A stretch of 64,000 bases of DNA from Eledone cirrhosa. Its lineage: Eukaryota. Below the pieces are notes generated by a model, which saw only the letters and a program-made list of their open reading frames with translations, made no database searches and was not told where the DNA came from. Numbering within the stretch: position 1 is the first letter of the stretch; every line of letters starts with the position of its first letter. The stretch covers positions 260,276,001-260,340,000 of the forward strand of contig OZ024741.1 in NCBI GenBank assembly GCA_964016885.1. The letters run 5' to 3'. Made by a program: the position numbers and the translations under genes. Below are positions 39,401-52,560 of the stretch, piece after piece.

Positions 39401-41990
39401 GGCTTACGAGTGTTCCGACTTACGAGTGTTTCGACTTACGAGTGTTTTGACTTACGGTGTTTCGGCTTACGAGTGTTTTGACTTACGAGTGTTTTGACTT
39501 ACGGGTGTTTTGACATACGAGTGTTTCGATACGAGTGTTCTGACTTACGAGTGTTCTGACTTACGAGTGTTCTGACTTACGAGTGTTCTGAGTTACGAGT
39601 GGTCTGACTTACGGGTGTTCTTACTTACGAGTGTTTCAGCTTATGAGTGTTTCGACTTACGAGTGCTTCGGTTTACGAGTGTTTCGACTTACGAGTGTTT
39701 CGACTTACGAGTGTTTCGACTTACGAGTGTTTTGACTTACGAGTGTTTTGATTAACGGTGTTTCTGCTTACGAGTGCTTCGACTTACGAGTGTTATGACT
39801 TACGGGTGTTTTGACATACGAGTGTTTCGATACGAGTGTTTCGACTTACGAGTGTTACGAGTGTTCTGACTTACGAGTGTTCCGACTTACGAGTGTTCCG
39901 ACTTACGAGTGTTTCGGCTTACGAGTGTTTCGGCTTACGAGTGTTTCGACTTACGAATGTTTTGACATACGAGTGTTCCGACTTACGAGTGTTTCGGCTT
40001 ACGAGTGTTTCGACTTACGAGTGTTTTGGCTTACGGTGTTTCAGCTTACGAGTGTTTCGAGTTACGAGTGTTTTGACTTACGCGTGTTTTGACATACGAG
40101 CGTTTCGATACGAGTGTTCTGACTGACGAGTGTTCTGACTTACGAGTGTTCTGACTTACGAGTGTTCTGACTTACGAGTGTTCCGACTTTACGAGTGTTT
40201 CGGCTCACGATTGTTTCGGCTTACGAGTGTTTCGACTTACGAAAATAACAAATAGACGCGGTTTCAAATCTCTATGCTTTTCAAATTCATTACATTAATC
40301 TTTATTTATACGTTTCGCTTTACGAGTGTTTCGACTTACGAGTGTTTCGACATACGAGTGTTTCGGCTTAAGAGTTTTTTATTTACGAGTGTTTTGACTT
40401 ACGGGTGCTTCGACTTACGCGTGTCTCGACGTACGAGTGTTTCGACTTACGAGTGTTTCGGCTTACGAGTGTTTTGACTTACGAATGTTTTGACTTACGA
40501 TTGTTTCGGCTTACGAGTGTTTCGACTTACGAGTGTTCTGACTACGAGTGTTCTGACTTACGGGTGTTCTGACTTACGAGTGTTCCGACTTACGAGTGTT
40601 TCGGCTTATGAGTGTTTCGACTTACGAGTGCTTCGACTTACGAGTGTTTCGGCTTACGGGTGTTTCGACTTACGAATGTTTTTGCTTACGAGTGTTTCGA
40701 TACGAGTGTTCTGACTTACGAGTGTTCTGACTTACGAGTGTTCTGACTTACGAATGTTCTGACTTACGAGTGTTCCGACTTTACGAGTGTTTCGGCTCAC
40801 GAGTGTTTCGGCTTACGAGTGTTTCGACTTACGAAAATAACAAATAGACGCGGTTTCAAATCTCTATGCTTTTCAAATTCATTACATTAATCTTTATTTA
40901 TACGTTTCGCTTTACGAGTGTTTCGACTTACGAGTGTTTCGACATACGAGTGTTTCGGCTTAAGAGTTTTTTATTTACGAGTGTTTTGACTTACGGGTGC
41001 TTCGACTTACGCGTGTTTCGACTTACGAGTGTTTCGACTTACGAGTGTTTCGACTTACGAGTGTTTCGGCTTACGAGTGTTTTGACTTACGAATGTTTTG
41101 ACTTACGATTGTTTCGGCTTACGAGTGTTTCGACTTACGAGTGTTTTGACTTACGAGTGTTTTGACTAACGGTGTTTCTGCTTACGAGTGTTTCGACTTA
41201 CGAGCGTTGACTTACGGGTGTTTTGACATACGAGTGTTTCGATACGAGTGTTTCGACTTACGAGTGTTACGAGTGTTCTGACTTACGAGTGTTTCGGCTT
41301 ACGAGTGTTCTGACTTACGAGTGTTTCGACTTACGAGTGTTCTGACCTACGAGTGTTCTGACTTACGAGTGTTTCGACATACGAGTGTTTTGACTTACGG
41401 GTGTTTCGACTTACGAGTGTTTCGAGTTACGAGTGTTTCGACTTACGAGTGTTTTTACTTACGAATGTTCTGAGTTACGGGTGTTTCGGCTTACGAGTGT
41501 TTCGACTTACGAGTGTTTTAACTTACGGGTGTTTCTACTTACGCGTGTTTCGACTTGCAAGTGTTTCGACTTACGAGTGTTTCGACTTGCAAGTGTTTCG
41601 ATTACGAGTGTTTCGACTACAAATGTTCCGACTTACGAGTGTTTCGACTTACGTGTGTTTCGACTTACGAGTGTCCTGCCTTACGGGTGTTCCGACTTAC
41701 GAGTGTTTCGATACGAGTGTTCTGACTTACGAGTGTTCTGACTTACGAGTGTTCTGACTTACGAGTGTTCTGACTTACGGGTGATCTGACTTACGAGTGT
41801 TCCGACTTACGAGTGTTTCGGCTTATGAGGGTTTCGACTTACGAGTGCTTCGGCTTACGAGTGTTTCGACCTACGAGTGTTTCGGCTTACGAGTGTTTTG
41901 ACTTACGAATGTTTTGGCTTACGAGTGTTTCGGCTTACGAGTGTTTCGAATTACGAGTGTTTCGACTTACGAGTGTTTTGACTTATGGTG
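33500..41990. repeat. ~3.65-kb higher-order repeat, about 2.3 copies
   Basis: Insert offsets 35484/39135 (3651), 36592/40243 (3651) and 37183/40835 (3652). ORF offsets 33531/37214/40866 and 34494/38161. Confidence 0.88.
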
Positions 41991-42350
41991 TTTCGGCTTA
42001 CGAGTGATCGACTTACGAGTGTTTTAACTTACGGGTGTTTCGACTTACGCGTGTTTCGACTTACGAATGTTCCGACTTACGAGTGTTTCGACTTACGAGT
42101 GCTTCGGCTTACGAGTGTTTCGACTTACGAAAATAACAAGTAGACGCGGTTTCAAATATCTATGCTTTTCAAATTCATTACATTAATCTTTATTTATACG
42201 TTTCGCTTTACGAGTGTTTCGGCGTACGAGTGTTTCGACTTACGACTGTTTTGACTTACGTGTGTTTCGGCTTACGAGTGTTTTGACTTACGAGTGTTTT
42301 GACTTACGGGTGTTTCGGCTTACGAGTGTTTCGACTTACGAGTGTTCTGA

Positions 42351-44910
42351 CTTACGACTGTTCCGACTTACGAGCGTTCCGACTTACGAGTGTTTCGGCT
42401 TACGAGTGTTCCGACTTACGAGTGTTTCGACTTACGAGTGTTTTGACTTACGGTGTTTCGGCTTACGAGTGTTTTGACTTACGAGTGTTTTGACTTACGG
42501 ATGTTTTGACATACGAGTGTTTCGATACGAGTGTTCTGACTTACGAGTGTTCTGACTTACGAGTGTTCTGAGTTACGAGTGGTCTGACTTACGGGTGTTC
42601 TTACTTACGAGTGTTTCAGCTTATGAGTGTTTCGACTTACGAGTGCTTCGGTTTACGAGTGTTTCGACTTACGAGTGTTTCGACTTACGAGTGTTTCGAC
42701 TTACGAGTGTTTTGACTTACGAGTGTTTTGACTAACGGTGTTTCTGCTTACGAGTGCTTCGACTTACGAGTGTTATGACTTACGGGTGTTTTGACATACG
42801 AGTGTTTCGATACGAGTGTTTCGACTTACGAGTGTTACGAGTGTTCTGACTTACGAGTGTTCCGACTTACGAGTGTTCCGACTTACGAGTGTTTCGGCTT
42901 ACGAGTGTTTCGGCTTACGAGTGTTTCGACTTACGAATGTTTTGACATACGAGTGTTCCGACTTATGGGTGTTTCGACTTACGAGTGTTTTGGCTTACGG
43001 TGTTTCAGCTTACGAGTGTTTCGAGTTACGAGTGTTTTGACTTACGCGTGTTTTGACATACGAGCGTTTCGATACGAGTGTTCTGACTTACGAGTGTTCT
43101 GACTTACGAGTGTTCTGACTTACGAGTGTTCTGACTTACGAGTGTTCCGACTTTACGAGTGTTTCGGCTCACGATTGTTTCGGCTTACGAGTGTTTCGAC
43201 TTACGAAAATAAAAAATAGACGCGGTTTCAAATCTCTATGCTTTTCAAATTCATTACATTAATCTTTATTTATACGTTTCGCTTTACGAGTGTTTCGACT
43301 TACGAGTGTTTCGACATACGAGTGTTTCGGCTTAAGAGTTTTTTTTATTTACGAGTGTTTTGACTTACGGGTGCTTCGACTTACGCGTGTTTCGACTTAC
43401 GAGTGTTTCGACTTACGAGTGTTCTGACTACGAGTGTTCTGACTTACGGGTGTTCTGACTTACGAGTGTTCCGACTTACGAGTGTTTCGGCTTATGAGTG
43501 TTTCGACTTACGAGTGCTTCGACTTACGAGTGTTTCGGCTTACGGGTGTTTCGACTTACGAATGTTTTTGCTTACGAGTGTTTTGGCTTACGACTGTTCC
43601 GACTTACGAGCGTTCCGACTTACGAGTGTTTCGGCTTACGAGTGTTCCGACTTACGAGTGTTTCGACTTACGAGTGTTTTGACTTACGGTGTTTCGGCTT
43701 ACGAGTGTTTTGACTTACGAGTGTTTTGACTTACGGGTGTTTTGACATACGAGTGTTTCGATACGAGTGTTCTGACTTACGAGTGTTCTGACTTACGAGT
43801 GTTCTGAGTTACGAGTGGTCTGACTTACGGGTGTTCTTACTTACGAGTGTTTCAGCTTATGAGTGTTTCGACTTACGAGTGCTTCGGTTTACGAGTGTTT
43901 CGACTTACGAGTGTTTCGACTTACGAGTGTTTCGACTTACGAGTGTTTTGACTTACGAGTGTTTTGACTAACGGTGTTTCTGCTTACGAGTGCTTCGACT
44001 TACGAGTGTTATGACTTACGGGTGTTTTGACATACGAGTGTTTCGATACGAGTGTTTCGACTTACGAGTGTTACGAGTGTTCTGACTTACGAGTGTTCCG
44101 ACTTACGAGTGTTCCGACTTACGAGTGTTTCGGCTTACGAGTGTTTCGGCTTACGAGTGTTTCGACTTACGAATGTTTTGACATACGAGTGTTCCGACTT
44201 ATGGGTGTTTCGACTTACGAGTGTTTTGGCTTACGGTGTTTCAGCTTACGAGTGTTTCGAGTTACGAGTGTTTTGACTTACGCGTGTTTTGACATACGAG
44301 CGTTTCGATACGAGTGTTCTGACTTACGAGTGTTCTGACTTACGAGTGTTCTGACTTACGAGTGTTCTGACTTACGAGTGTTCCGACTTTACGAGTGTTT
44401 CGGCTCACGATTGTTTCGGCTTACGAGTGTTTCGACTTACGAAAATAAAAAATAGACGCGGTTTCAAATCTCTATGCTTTTCAAATTCATTACATTAATC
44501 TTTATTTATACGTTTCGCTTTACGAGTGTTTCGACTTACGAGTGTTTCGACATACGAGTGTTTCGGCTTAAGAGTTTTTTTTTATTTACGAGTGTTTTGA
44601 CTTACGGGTGCTTCGACTTACGCGTGTTTCGACTTACGAGTGTTTCGACTTACGAGTGTTTCGGCTTACGAGTGTTTTGACTTACGAATGTTTTGACTTA
44701 CGATTGTTTCGGCTTACGAGTGTTTCGACTTACGAGTGTTCTGACTACGAGTGTTCTGACTTACGGGTGTTCTGACTTACGAGTGTTCCGACTTACGAGT
44801 GTTTCGGCTTATGAGTGTTTCGACTTACGAGTGCTTCGACTTACGAGTGTTTCGGCTTACGGGTGTTTCGACTTACGAATGTTTTTGCTTACGAGTGTTT
44901 TGGCTTACGA
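42351..44910. repeat. ~1.24-kb tandem duplication
   Basis: Offset 1236 for the marker CGACTGTTCC (42355/43591), ORFs 42791/44027 and the A' inserts 43207/44443. Confidence 0.88.
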
Positions 44911-47900
44911 GTGTTTCGGCTTATGAGTGTTTCGTCTTACGAGTGTTTTGACTTACGGGTGTTTTGACATACGAGTGTTTCGATACGAGTGTTCTGACTT
45001 ACGAGTGTTTCCGCTTACGAGTGTTTCGGCTTACGAGTGTTTCGACTTACTAATGTTTTTACTTACGAGTGTTTCGGTGTACGAGTGTTTCGACTTAAGT
45101 ATGTTCCGACTTACGAATGTTTCGGTTTACGAGTGTTTCGACACACGAGTGTTTTGACTTACGGGGGTTTCGACTTACGGGTGTTTCGACATACGAGTGT
45201 TTCGGCTTACGAGTGTTTCGACTTACTAATGTTTTTACTTACGAGTGTTTCGGTTTACGAGTGTTTCGACACACGAGTGTTTTGACTTACGGGGGTTTCG
45301 ACTTACGGGTGTTTCGACATACGAATGTTTCGGTTTACGAGTGTTTCGACACACGAGTGTTTCGACTTAAGGCTGTTTCGACTTACGAGTGTTTCGACTT
45401 AAGGGTGTTTTGACTTACGGGTGTTGTGAATTACGAGTGTTCCGATTTACGAGTGTTTTGACTTACGGTGTTTCGGCTTACGAGTTATTCGACTTACGAA
45501 TGTTTTGACTTACGGGATTTTCGGCTTGCGAGTGTTTCGACTTACTAGCGTTTCGGCTTATGAGTGTTTCGACTTACTAATGTTTTGACTTACGAGTGTT
45601 TCGGCGTACGAGTGTTTTGACTTACGAGTGTTTCGACTTACGAGTGTTTTGACTTACGAATGTTTTGACTTACGGGTGTTTCGGCTTACGAGTGTTTCGA
45701 CTTACGAGTGTTTCGGCTGGCGAGTGTTTCGACTTACGAGTGTTTTGACTTAAGGGTGTTTCGACTTACGAGTGTTTAGACTTACGAGTGTTTCGACTTA
45801 CGAGTGTTTTGACTTAGGGTGTTTCGGCTTACGAGTGTTTCGACTTACGAGTGTTTTGACTTACGGGTGTTTTGACATACGAGTGTTTCGATACGAGTGT
45901 TCTGACTTACGAGTGTTCTGACTTACGAGTGTTCCGACTTACGAGTGTTTCGGCTTATGAGGGTTTCGACTTACGAGTGCTTCGGCTTACGAGTGTTTCG
46001 ACTTACTAGTGTTTCGGCTTACGAGTGTTTCGACTTACGAATGTTTTGGCTTACGAGTGTTTCGGCTTACGAGTGTTTCGACTTACGAGTGTTTCGTCTT
46101 ACGAGTGTTTTGACTTACGGTGTTTCGGCTTACGAGTGTTTCGACATACGAGTGTTTTGACGTACGGGTGTTTCGACTTACGGGTGTTTCGACTTAAGAG
46201 TGTTTCGACTTACGAGCGCTTCGACTTACGAGTGTTTCGACTTACGAGTGTTTCGGCGTATGAGTGTTTTGACTTACGAGTGTTTCGACTTACGAGTGTT
46301 TCGACTTACGAGTGTTTCGACTTACGAGTGTTTTGACTTACGAGTGTTTTGACTAACGGTGTTTCTGCTTACGAGTGTTTCGACTTACGAGCGTTGACTT
46401 ACGGCTGTTTTGACATACGAGTGTTTCGATACGAGTGTTTCGACTTACGAGTGTTACGAGTGTTCTGACTTACGAGTGTTTCGACTTACGAGTGTTCTGA
46501 CTTACGAGTGTTTCGACTTACGAGTGTTCTGACCTACGAGTGTTCTGACTTACGAGTGTTTCGACATACGAGTGTTTTGACTTACGGGTGTTTCGACTTA
46601 CGAGTGTTTCGAGTTACGAGTGTTTCGAGTTACGAGTGTTTCGACTTACGAGTGTTTTTACTTACGAATGTTCTGAGTTACGGGTGTTTCGGCTTACGAG
46701 TGTTTCGACTTACGAGTGTTTTAACTTACGGGTGTTTCTACTTACGCGTGTTTCGACTTGCAAGTGTTTCGACTTACGAGTGTTTCGACTTGCAAGTGTT
46801 TCGATTACGAGTGTTTCGACTACAAATGTTCCGACTTACGAGTGTTTCGACTTAGGAGTGTTTCGACTTACGAGTGTTCTGACTTACGGGTGTTCCGACT
46901 TACGAGTGTTTCGATACGAGTGTTCTGTCTTACGAGTGTTCTGACTTACGAGTGTTCTGACTTACGAGTGTTCTGACTTACGGGTGTTCTGACTTACGAG
47001 TGTTCCGACTTACGAGTGTTTCGGCTTATGAGGGTTTCGACTTACGAGTGCTTCGGCTTACGAGTGTTTCGACCTACGAGTGTTTCGGCTTACGAGTGTT
47101 TTGACTTACGAATGTTTTGGCTTACGAGTGTTTCGGCTTACGAGTGTTTCGAATTACGAGTGTTTCGACTTACGAGTGTTTTGACTTACGGTGTTTCGGC
47201 TTACGAGTGATCGACTTACGAGTGTTTTAACTTACGGGTGTTTCGACTTACGCGTGTTTCGACTTACGAATGTTCCGACTTACGAGTGTTTCGACTTACG
47301 AGTGTTTCGGCTTACGAGTGTTTCGACTTACGAAAATAACAAGTAGACGCGGTTTCAAATATCTATGCTTTTCAAATTCATTACATTAATCTTTATTTAT
47401 ACGTTTCGCTTTACGAGTGTTTCGGCGTACGAGTGTTTCGACTTACGAGTGTTTTGACTTACGGGTGTTTCGGCTTACGAGTGTTTCGACTTACGAGTGT
47501 TCTGACTTACGACTGTTCCGACTTACGAGCGTTCCGACTTACGAGTGTTTCGGCTTACGAGTGTTCCGACTTACGAGTGTTTCGACTTACGAGTGTTTTG
47601 ACTTACGGTGTTTCGGCTTACGAGTGTTTTGACTTACGAGTGTTTTGACTTACGGGTGTTTTGACATACGAGTGTTTCGATACGAGTGTTCTGACTTACG
47701 AGTGTTCTGACTTACGAGTGTTCTGACTTACGAGTGGTCTGACTTACGGGTGTTCTTACTTACGAGTGTTTCAGCTTATGAGTGTTTCGACTTACGAGTG
47801 CTTCGGTTTACGAGTGTTTCGACTTACGAGTGTTTCGACTTACGAGTGTTTCGACTTACGAGTGTTTTGACTTACGAGTGTTTTGACTAACGGTGTTTCT

Positions 47901-48269
47901 GCTTACGAGTGCTTCGACTTACGAGTGTTATGACTTACGGGTGTTTTGACATACGAGTGTTTCGATAAGAGTGTTTCGACGTACGAGTGTTACGAGTGTT
48001 CTGACTTACGAGTGTTCCGACTTACGAGTGTTCCGACTTACGAGTGTTTCGGCTTACGAGTGTTTCGGCTTACGAGTGTTTCGACTTACGAATGTTTTGA
48101 CATACGAGTGTTCCGACTTATGGGTGTTTCAACTTACGAGTGTTTTGGCTTACGGTGTTTCGGCTTACGAGTGTTTCGAGTTACGAGTGTTTTGACTTAC
48201 GCGTGTTTTGACATACGAGTGTTTCGATACGAGTGTTCTGACTTACGAGTGTTCTGACTTACGAGTGTT

Positions 48270-51200
48270 CCGACTTTACGAGTGTTTCGGCTCACGAGTG
48301 TTTCGGCTTACGAGTGTTTCGACTTACGAAAATAACAAATAGACGCGGTTTCAAATCTCTATGCTTTTCAAATTCATTACATTAATCTTTATTTATACGT
48401 TTCGCTTTACGAGTGTTTCGACTTACGAGTGTTTCGACATACGAGTGTTTCGGCTTAAGAGTTTTTTTATTTACGAGTGTTTTGACTTACGGGTGCTTCG
48501 ACTTACGCGTGTTTCGACTTAAGAGTGTTTCGACTTACGAGTGTTTCGACTTACGAGTGTTTCGGCTTACGAGTGTTTTGACTTACGAATGTTTTGACTA
48601 ACGATTGTTTCGGCTTACGAGTGTTTCGACTTACGAGTGTTTTGACTTACGAGTGTTTTGACTAACGGTGTTTCTGCTTACGAGTGTTTCGACTTACGAG
48701 CGTTGACTTACGGGTGTTTTGACATACGAGTGTTTCGATACGAGTGTTTCGACTTACGAGTGTTACGAGTGTTCTGACTTACGAGTGTTTCGACTTACGA
48801 GTGTTCTGACTTACGAGTGTTTCGACTTACGAGTGTTCTGACCTACGAGTGTTCTGACTTACGAGTGTTTCGACATACGAGTGTTTTGACTTACGGGTGT
48901 TTCGACTTACGAGTGTTTCGACTTACGAGTGTTTTAACTTACGGGTGTTTCTACTTACGCGTGTTTCGACTTGCAAGTGTTTCGACTTACGAGTGTTTCG
49001 ACTTGCAAGTGTTTCGATTACGAGTGTTTCGACTACAAATGTTCCGACTTACGAGTGTTTCGACTTACGAGTGTTTCGACTTACGAGTGTTCTGCCTTAC
49101 GGGTGTTCCGACTTACGAGTGTTTCGATACGAGTGTTCTGACTTACGAGTGTTCTGACTTACGAGTGTTCTGACTTACGAGTGTTCTGACTTACGGGTGA
49201 TCTGACTTACGAGTGTTCCGACTTACGAGTGTTTCGGCTTATGAGGGTTTCGACTTACGAGTGCTTCGGCTTACGAGTGTTTCGAGCTACGAGTGTTTCG
49301 GCTTACGAGTGTTTTGACTTACGAATGTTTTGGCTTACGAGTGTTTCGGCTTACGAGTGTTTCGAATTACGAGTGTTTCGACTTACGAGTGTTTTGACTT
49401 ACGGTGTTTCGGCTTACGAGTGTTTTGACTTACGAGTGTTTTGACTTACGGGTGTTTTGACATACGAGTGTTTCGATACGAGTGTTCTGACTTACGAGTG
49501 TTCTGACTTACGAGTGTTCTGACTTACGAGTGTTCTGACTTACGAGTGGTCTGACTTACGGGTGTTCTTACTTACGAGTGTTTCAGCTTATGAGTGTTTC
49601 GACTTACGAGTGCTTCGGTTTACGAGTGTTTCGACTTACGAGTGTTTCGACTTACGAGTGTTTCGACTTACGAGTGTTTTGACTTACGAGTGTTTTGACT
49701 AACGGTGTTTCTGCTTACGAGTGCTTCGACTTACGAGTGTTATGACTTACGGGTGTTTTGACATACGAGTGTTTCGATACGAGTGTTTCGACGTACGAGT
49801 GTTACGAGTGTTCTGACTTACGAGTGTTCCGACTTACGAGTGTTCCGACTTACGAGTGTTTCGGCTTACGAGTGTTTCGGCTTACGAGTGTTTCGACTTA
49901 CGAATGTTTTGACATACGAGTGTTCCGACTTATGGGTGTTTCAACTTACGAGTGTTTTGGCTTACGGTGTTTCGGCTTACGAGTGTTTTGACTTACGCGT
50001 GTTTTGACATACGAGTGTTTCGATACGAGTGTTCTGACTTACGAGTGTTCTGACTTACGAGTGTTCTGACTTACGAATGTTCTGACTTACGAGTGTTCCG
50101 ACTTTACGAGTGTTTCGGCTCACGAGTGTTTCGGCTTACGAGTGTTTCGACTTACGAAAATAACAAATAGACGCGGTTTCAAATCTCTATGCTTTTCAAA
50201 TTCATTACATTAATCTTTATTTATACGTTTCGCTTTACGAGTGTTTCGACTTACGAGTGTTTCGACATACGAGTGTTTCGGCTTAAGAGTTTTTTATTTA
50301 CGAGTGTTTTGACTTACGGGTGCTTCGACTTACGCGTGTTTCGACTTACGAGTGTTTCGACTTACGAGTGTTTCGACTTACGAGTGTTTCGGCTTACGAG
50401 TGTTTTGACTTACGAATGTTTTGACTTACGATTGTTTCGGCTTACGAGTGTTTCGACTACGAGTGTTTTGACTTACGAGTGTTTTGACTAACGGTGTTTC
50501 TGCTTACGAGTGTTTCGACTTACGAGCGTTGACTTACGGGTGTTTTGACATACGAGTGTTTCGATACGAGTGTTTCGACTTACGAGTGTTACGAGTGTTC
50601 TGACTTACGAGTGTTTCGACTTACGAGTGTTCTGACTTACGAGTGTTTCGACTTACGAGTGTTCTGACCTACGAGTGTTCTGACTTACGAGTGTTTCGAC
50701 ATACGAGTGTTTTGACTTACGGGTGTTTCGACTTACGAGTGTTTCGACTTACGAGTGTTTTAACTTACGGGTGTTTCTAACGCGTGTTTCGACTTGCAAG
50801 TGTTTCGACTTACGAGTGTTTCGACTTGCAAGTGTTTCGATTACGAGTGTTTCGACTACAAATGTTCCGACTTACGAGTGTTTCGACTTACGAGTGTTTC
50901 GACTTACGAGTGTTCTGCCTTACGGGTGTTCCGACTTACGAGTGTTTCGATACGAGTGTTCTGACTTACGAGTGTTCTGACTTACGAGTGTTCTGACTTA
51001 CGAGTGTTCTGACTTACGGGTGATCTGACTTACGAGTGTTCCGACTTACGAGTGTTTCGGCTTATGAGGGTTTCGACTTACGAGTGCTTCGGCTTACGAG
51101 TGTTTCGAGCTACGAGTGTTTCGGCTTACGAGTGTTTTGACTTACGAATGTTTTGGCTTACGAGTGTTTCGGCTTACGAGTGTTTCGAATTACGAGTGTT

Positions 51201-52560
51201 TCGACTTACGAGTGTTTTGACTTACGGTGTTTCGGCTTACGAGTGTTTTGACTTACGAGTGTTTTGACTTACGGGTGTTTTGACATACGAGTGTTTCGAT
51301 ACGAGTGTTCTGACTTACGAGTGTTCTGACTTACGAGTGTTCTGACTTACGAGTGTTCTGACTTACGAGTGGTCTGACTTACGGGTGTTCTTACTTACGA
51401 GTGTTTCAGCTTATGAGTGTTTCGACTTACGAGTGCTTCGGTTTACGAGTGTTTCGACTTACGAGTGTTTCGACTTACGAGTGTTTCGACTTACGAGTGT
51501 TTTGACTTACGAGTGTTTTGACTAACGGTGTTTCTGCTTACGAGTGCTTCGACTTACGAGTGTTATGACTTACGGGTGTTTTGACATACGAGTGTTTCGA
51601 TACGAGTGTTTCGACGTACGAGTGTTACGAGTGTTCTGACTTACGAGTGTTCCGACTTACGAGTGTTCCGACTTACGAGTGTTTCGGCTTACGAGTGTTT
51701 CGGCTTACGAGTGTTTCGACTTACGAATGTTTTGACATACGAGTGTTCCGACTTATGGGTGTTTCAACTTACGAGTGTTTTGGCTTACGGTGTTTCGGCT
51801 TACGAGTGTTTTGACTTACGCGTGTTTTGACATACGAGTGTTTCGATACGAGTGTTCTGACTTACGAGTGTTCTGACTTACGAGTGTTCTGACTTACGAA
51901 TGTTCTGACTTACGAGTGTTCCGACTTTACGAGTGTTTCGGCTCACGAGTGTTTCGGCTTACGAGTGTTTCGACTTACGAAAATAACAAATAGACGCGGT
52001 TTCAAATCTCTATGCTTTTCAAATTCATTACATTAATCTTTATTTATACGTTTCGCTTTACGAGTGTTTCGACTTACGAGTGTTTCGACATACGAGTGTT
52101 TCGGCTTAAGAGTTTTTTATTTACGAGTGTTTTGACTTACGGGTGCTTCGACTTACGCGTGTTTCGACTTACGAGTGTTTCGACTTACGAGTGTTTCGAC
52201 TTACGAGTGTTTCGGCTTACGAGTGTTTTGACTTACGAATGTTTTGACTTACGATTGTTTCGGCTTACGAGTGTTTCGACTTACGAGTGTTTTGACTTAC
52301 GAGTGTTTTGACTAACGGTGTTTCTGCTTACGAGTGTTTCGACTTACGAGCGTTGACTTACGGGTGTTTTGACATACGAGTGTTTCGATACGAGTGTTTC
52401 GACTTACGAGTGTTACGAGTGTTCTGACTTACGAGTGTTTCGACTTACGAGTGTTCTGACTTACGAGTGTTTCGACTTACGAGTGTTCTGACCTACGAGT
52501 GTTCTGACTTACGAGTGTTTCGACATACGAGTGTTTTGACTTACGGGTGTTTCGACTTAC
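48270..52560. repeat. ~1.82-kb tandem repeat, about 2.3 copies
   Basis: Inserts 48330/50158/51981 (1828, 1823). ORFs 49229/51052, 49758/51581 and 50189/52012 (1823). Confidence 0.88.

Noticed and set aside
43336-44590. Variable T-run (T6-T9) after A-type inserts, and isolated small indels (e.g. ~36750, ~50458, ~50778) or the GT/TG swap at ~546
   Set aside because: These cannot be told apart from homopolymer or consensus sequencing error without reads.
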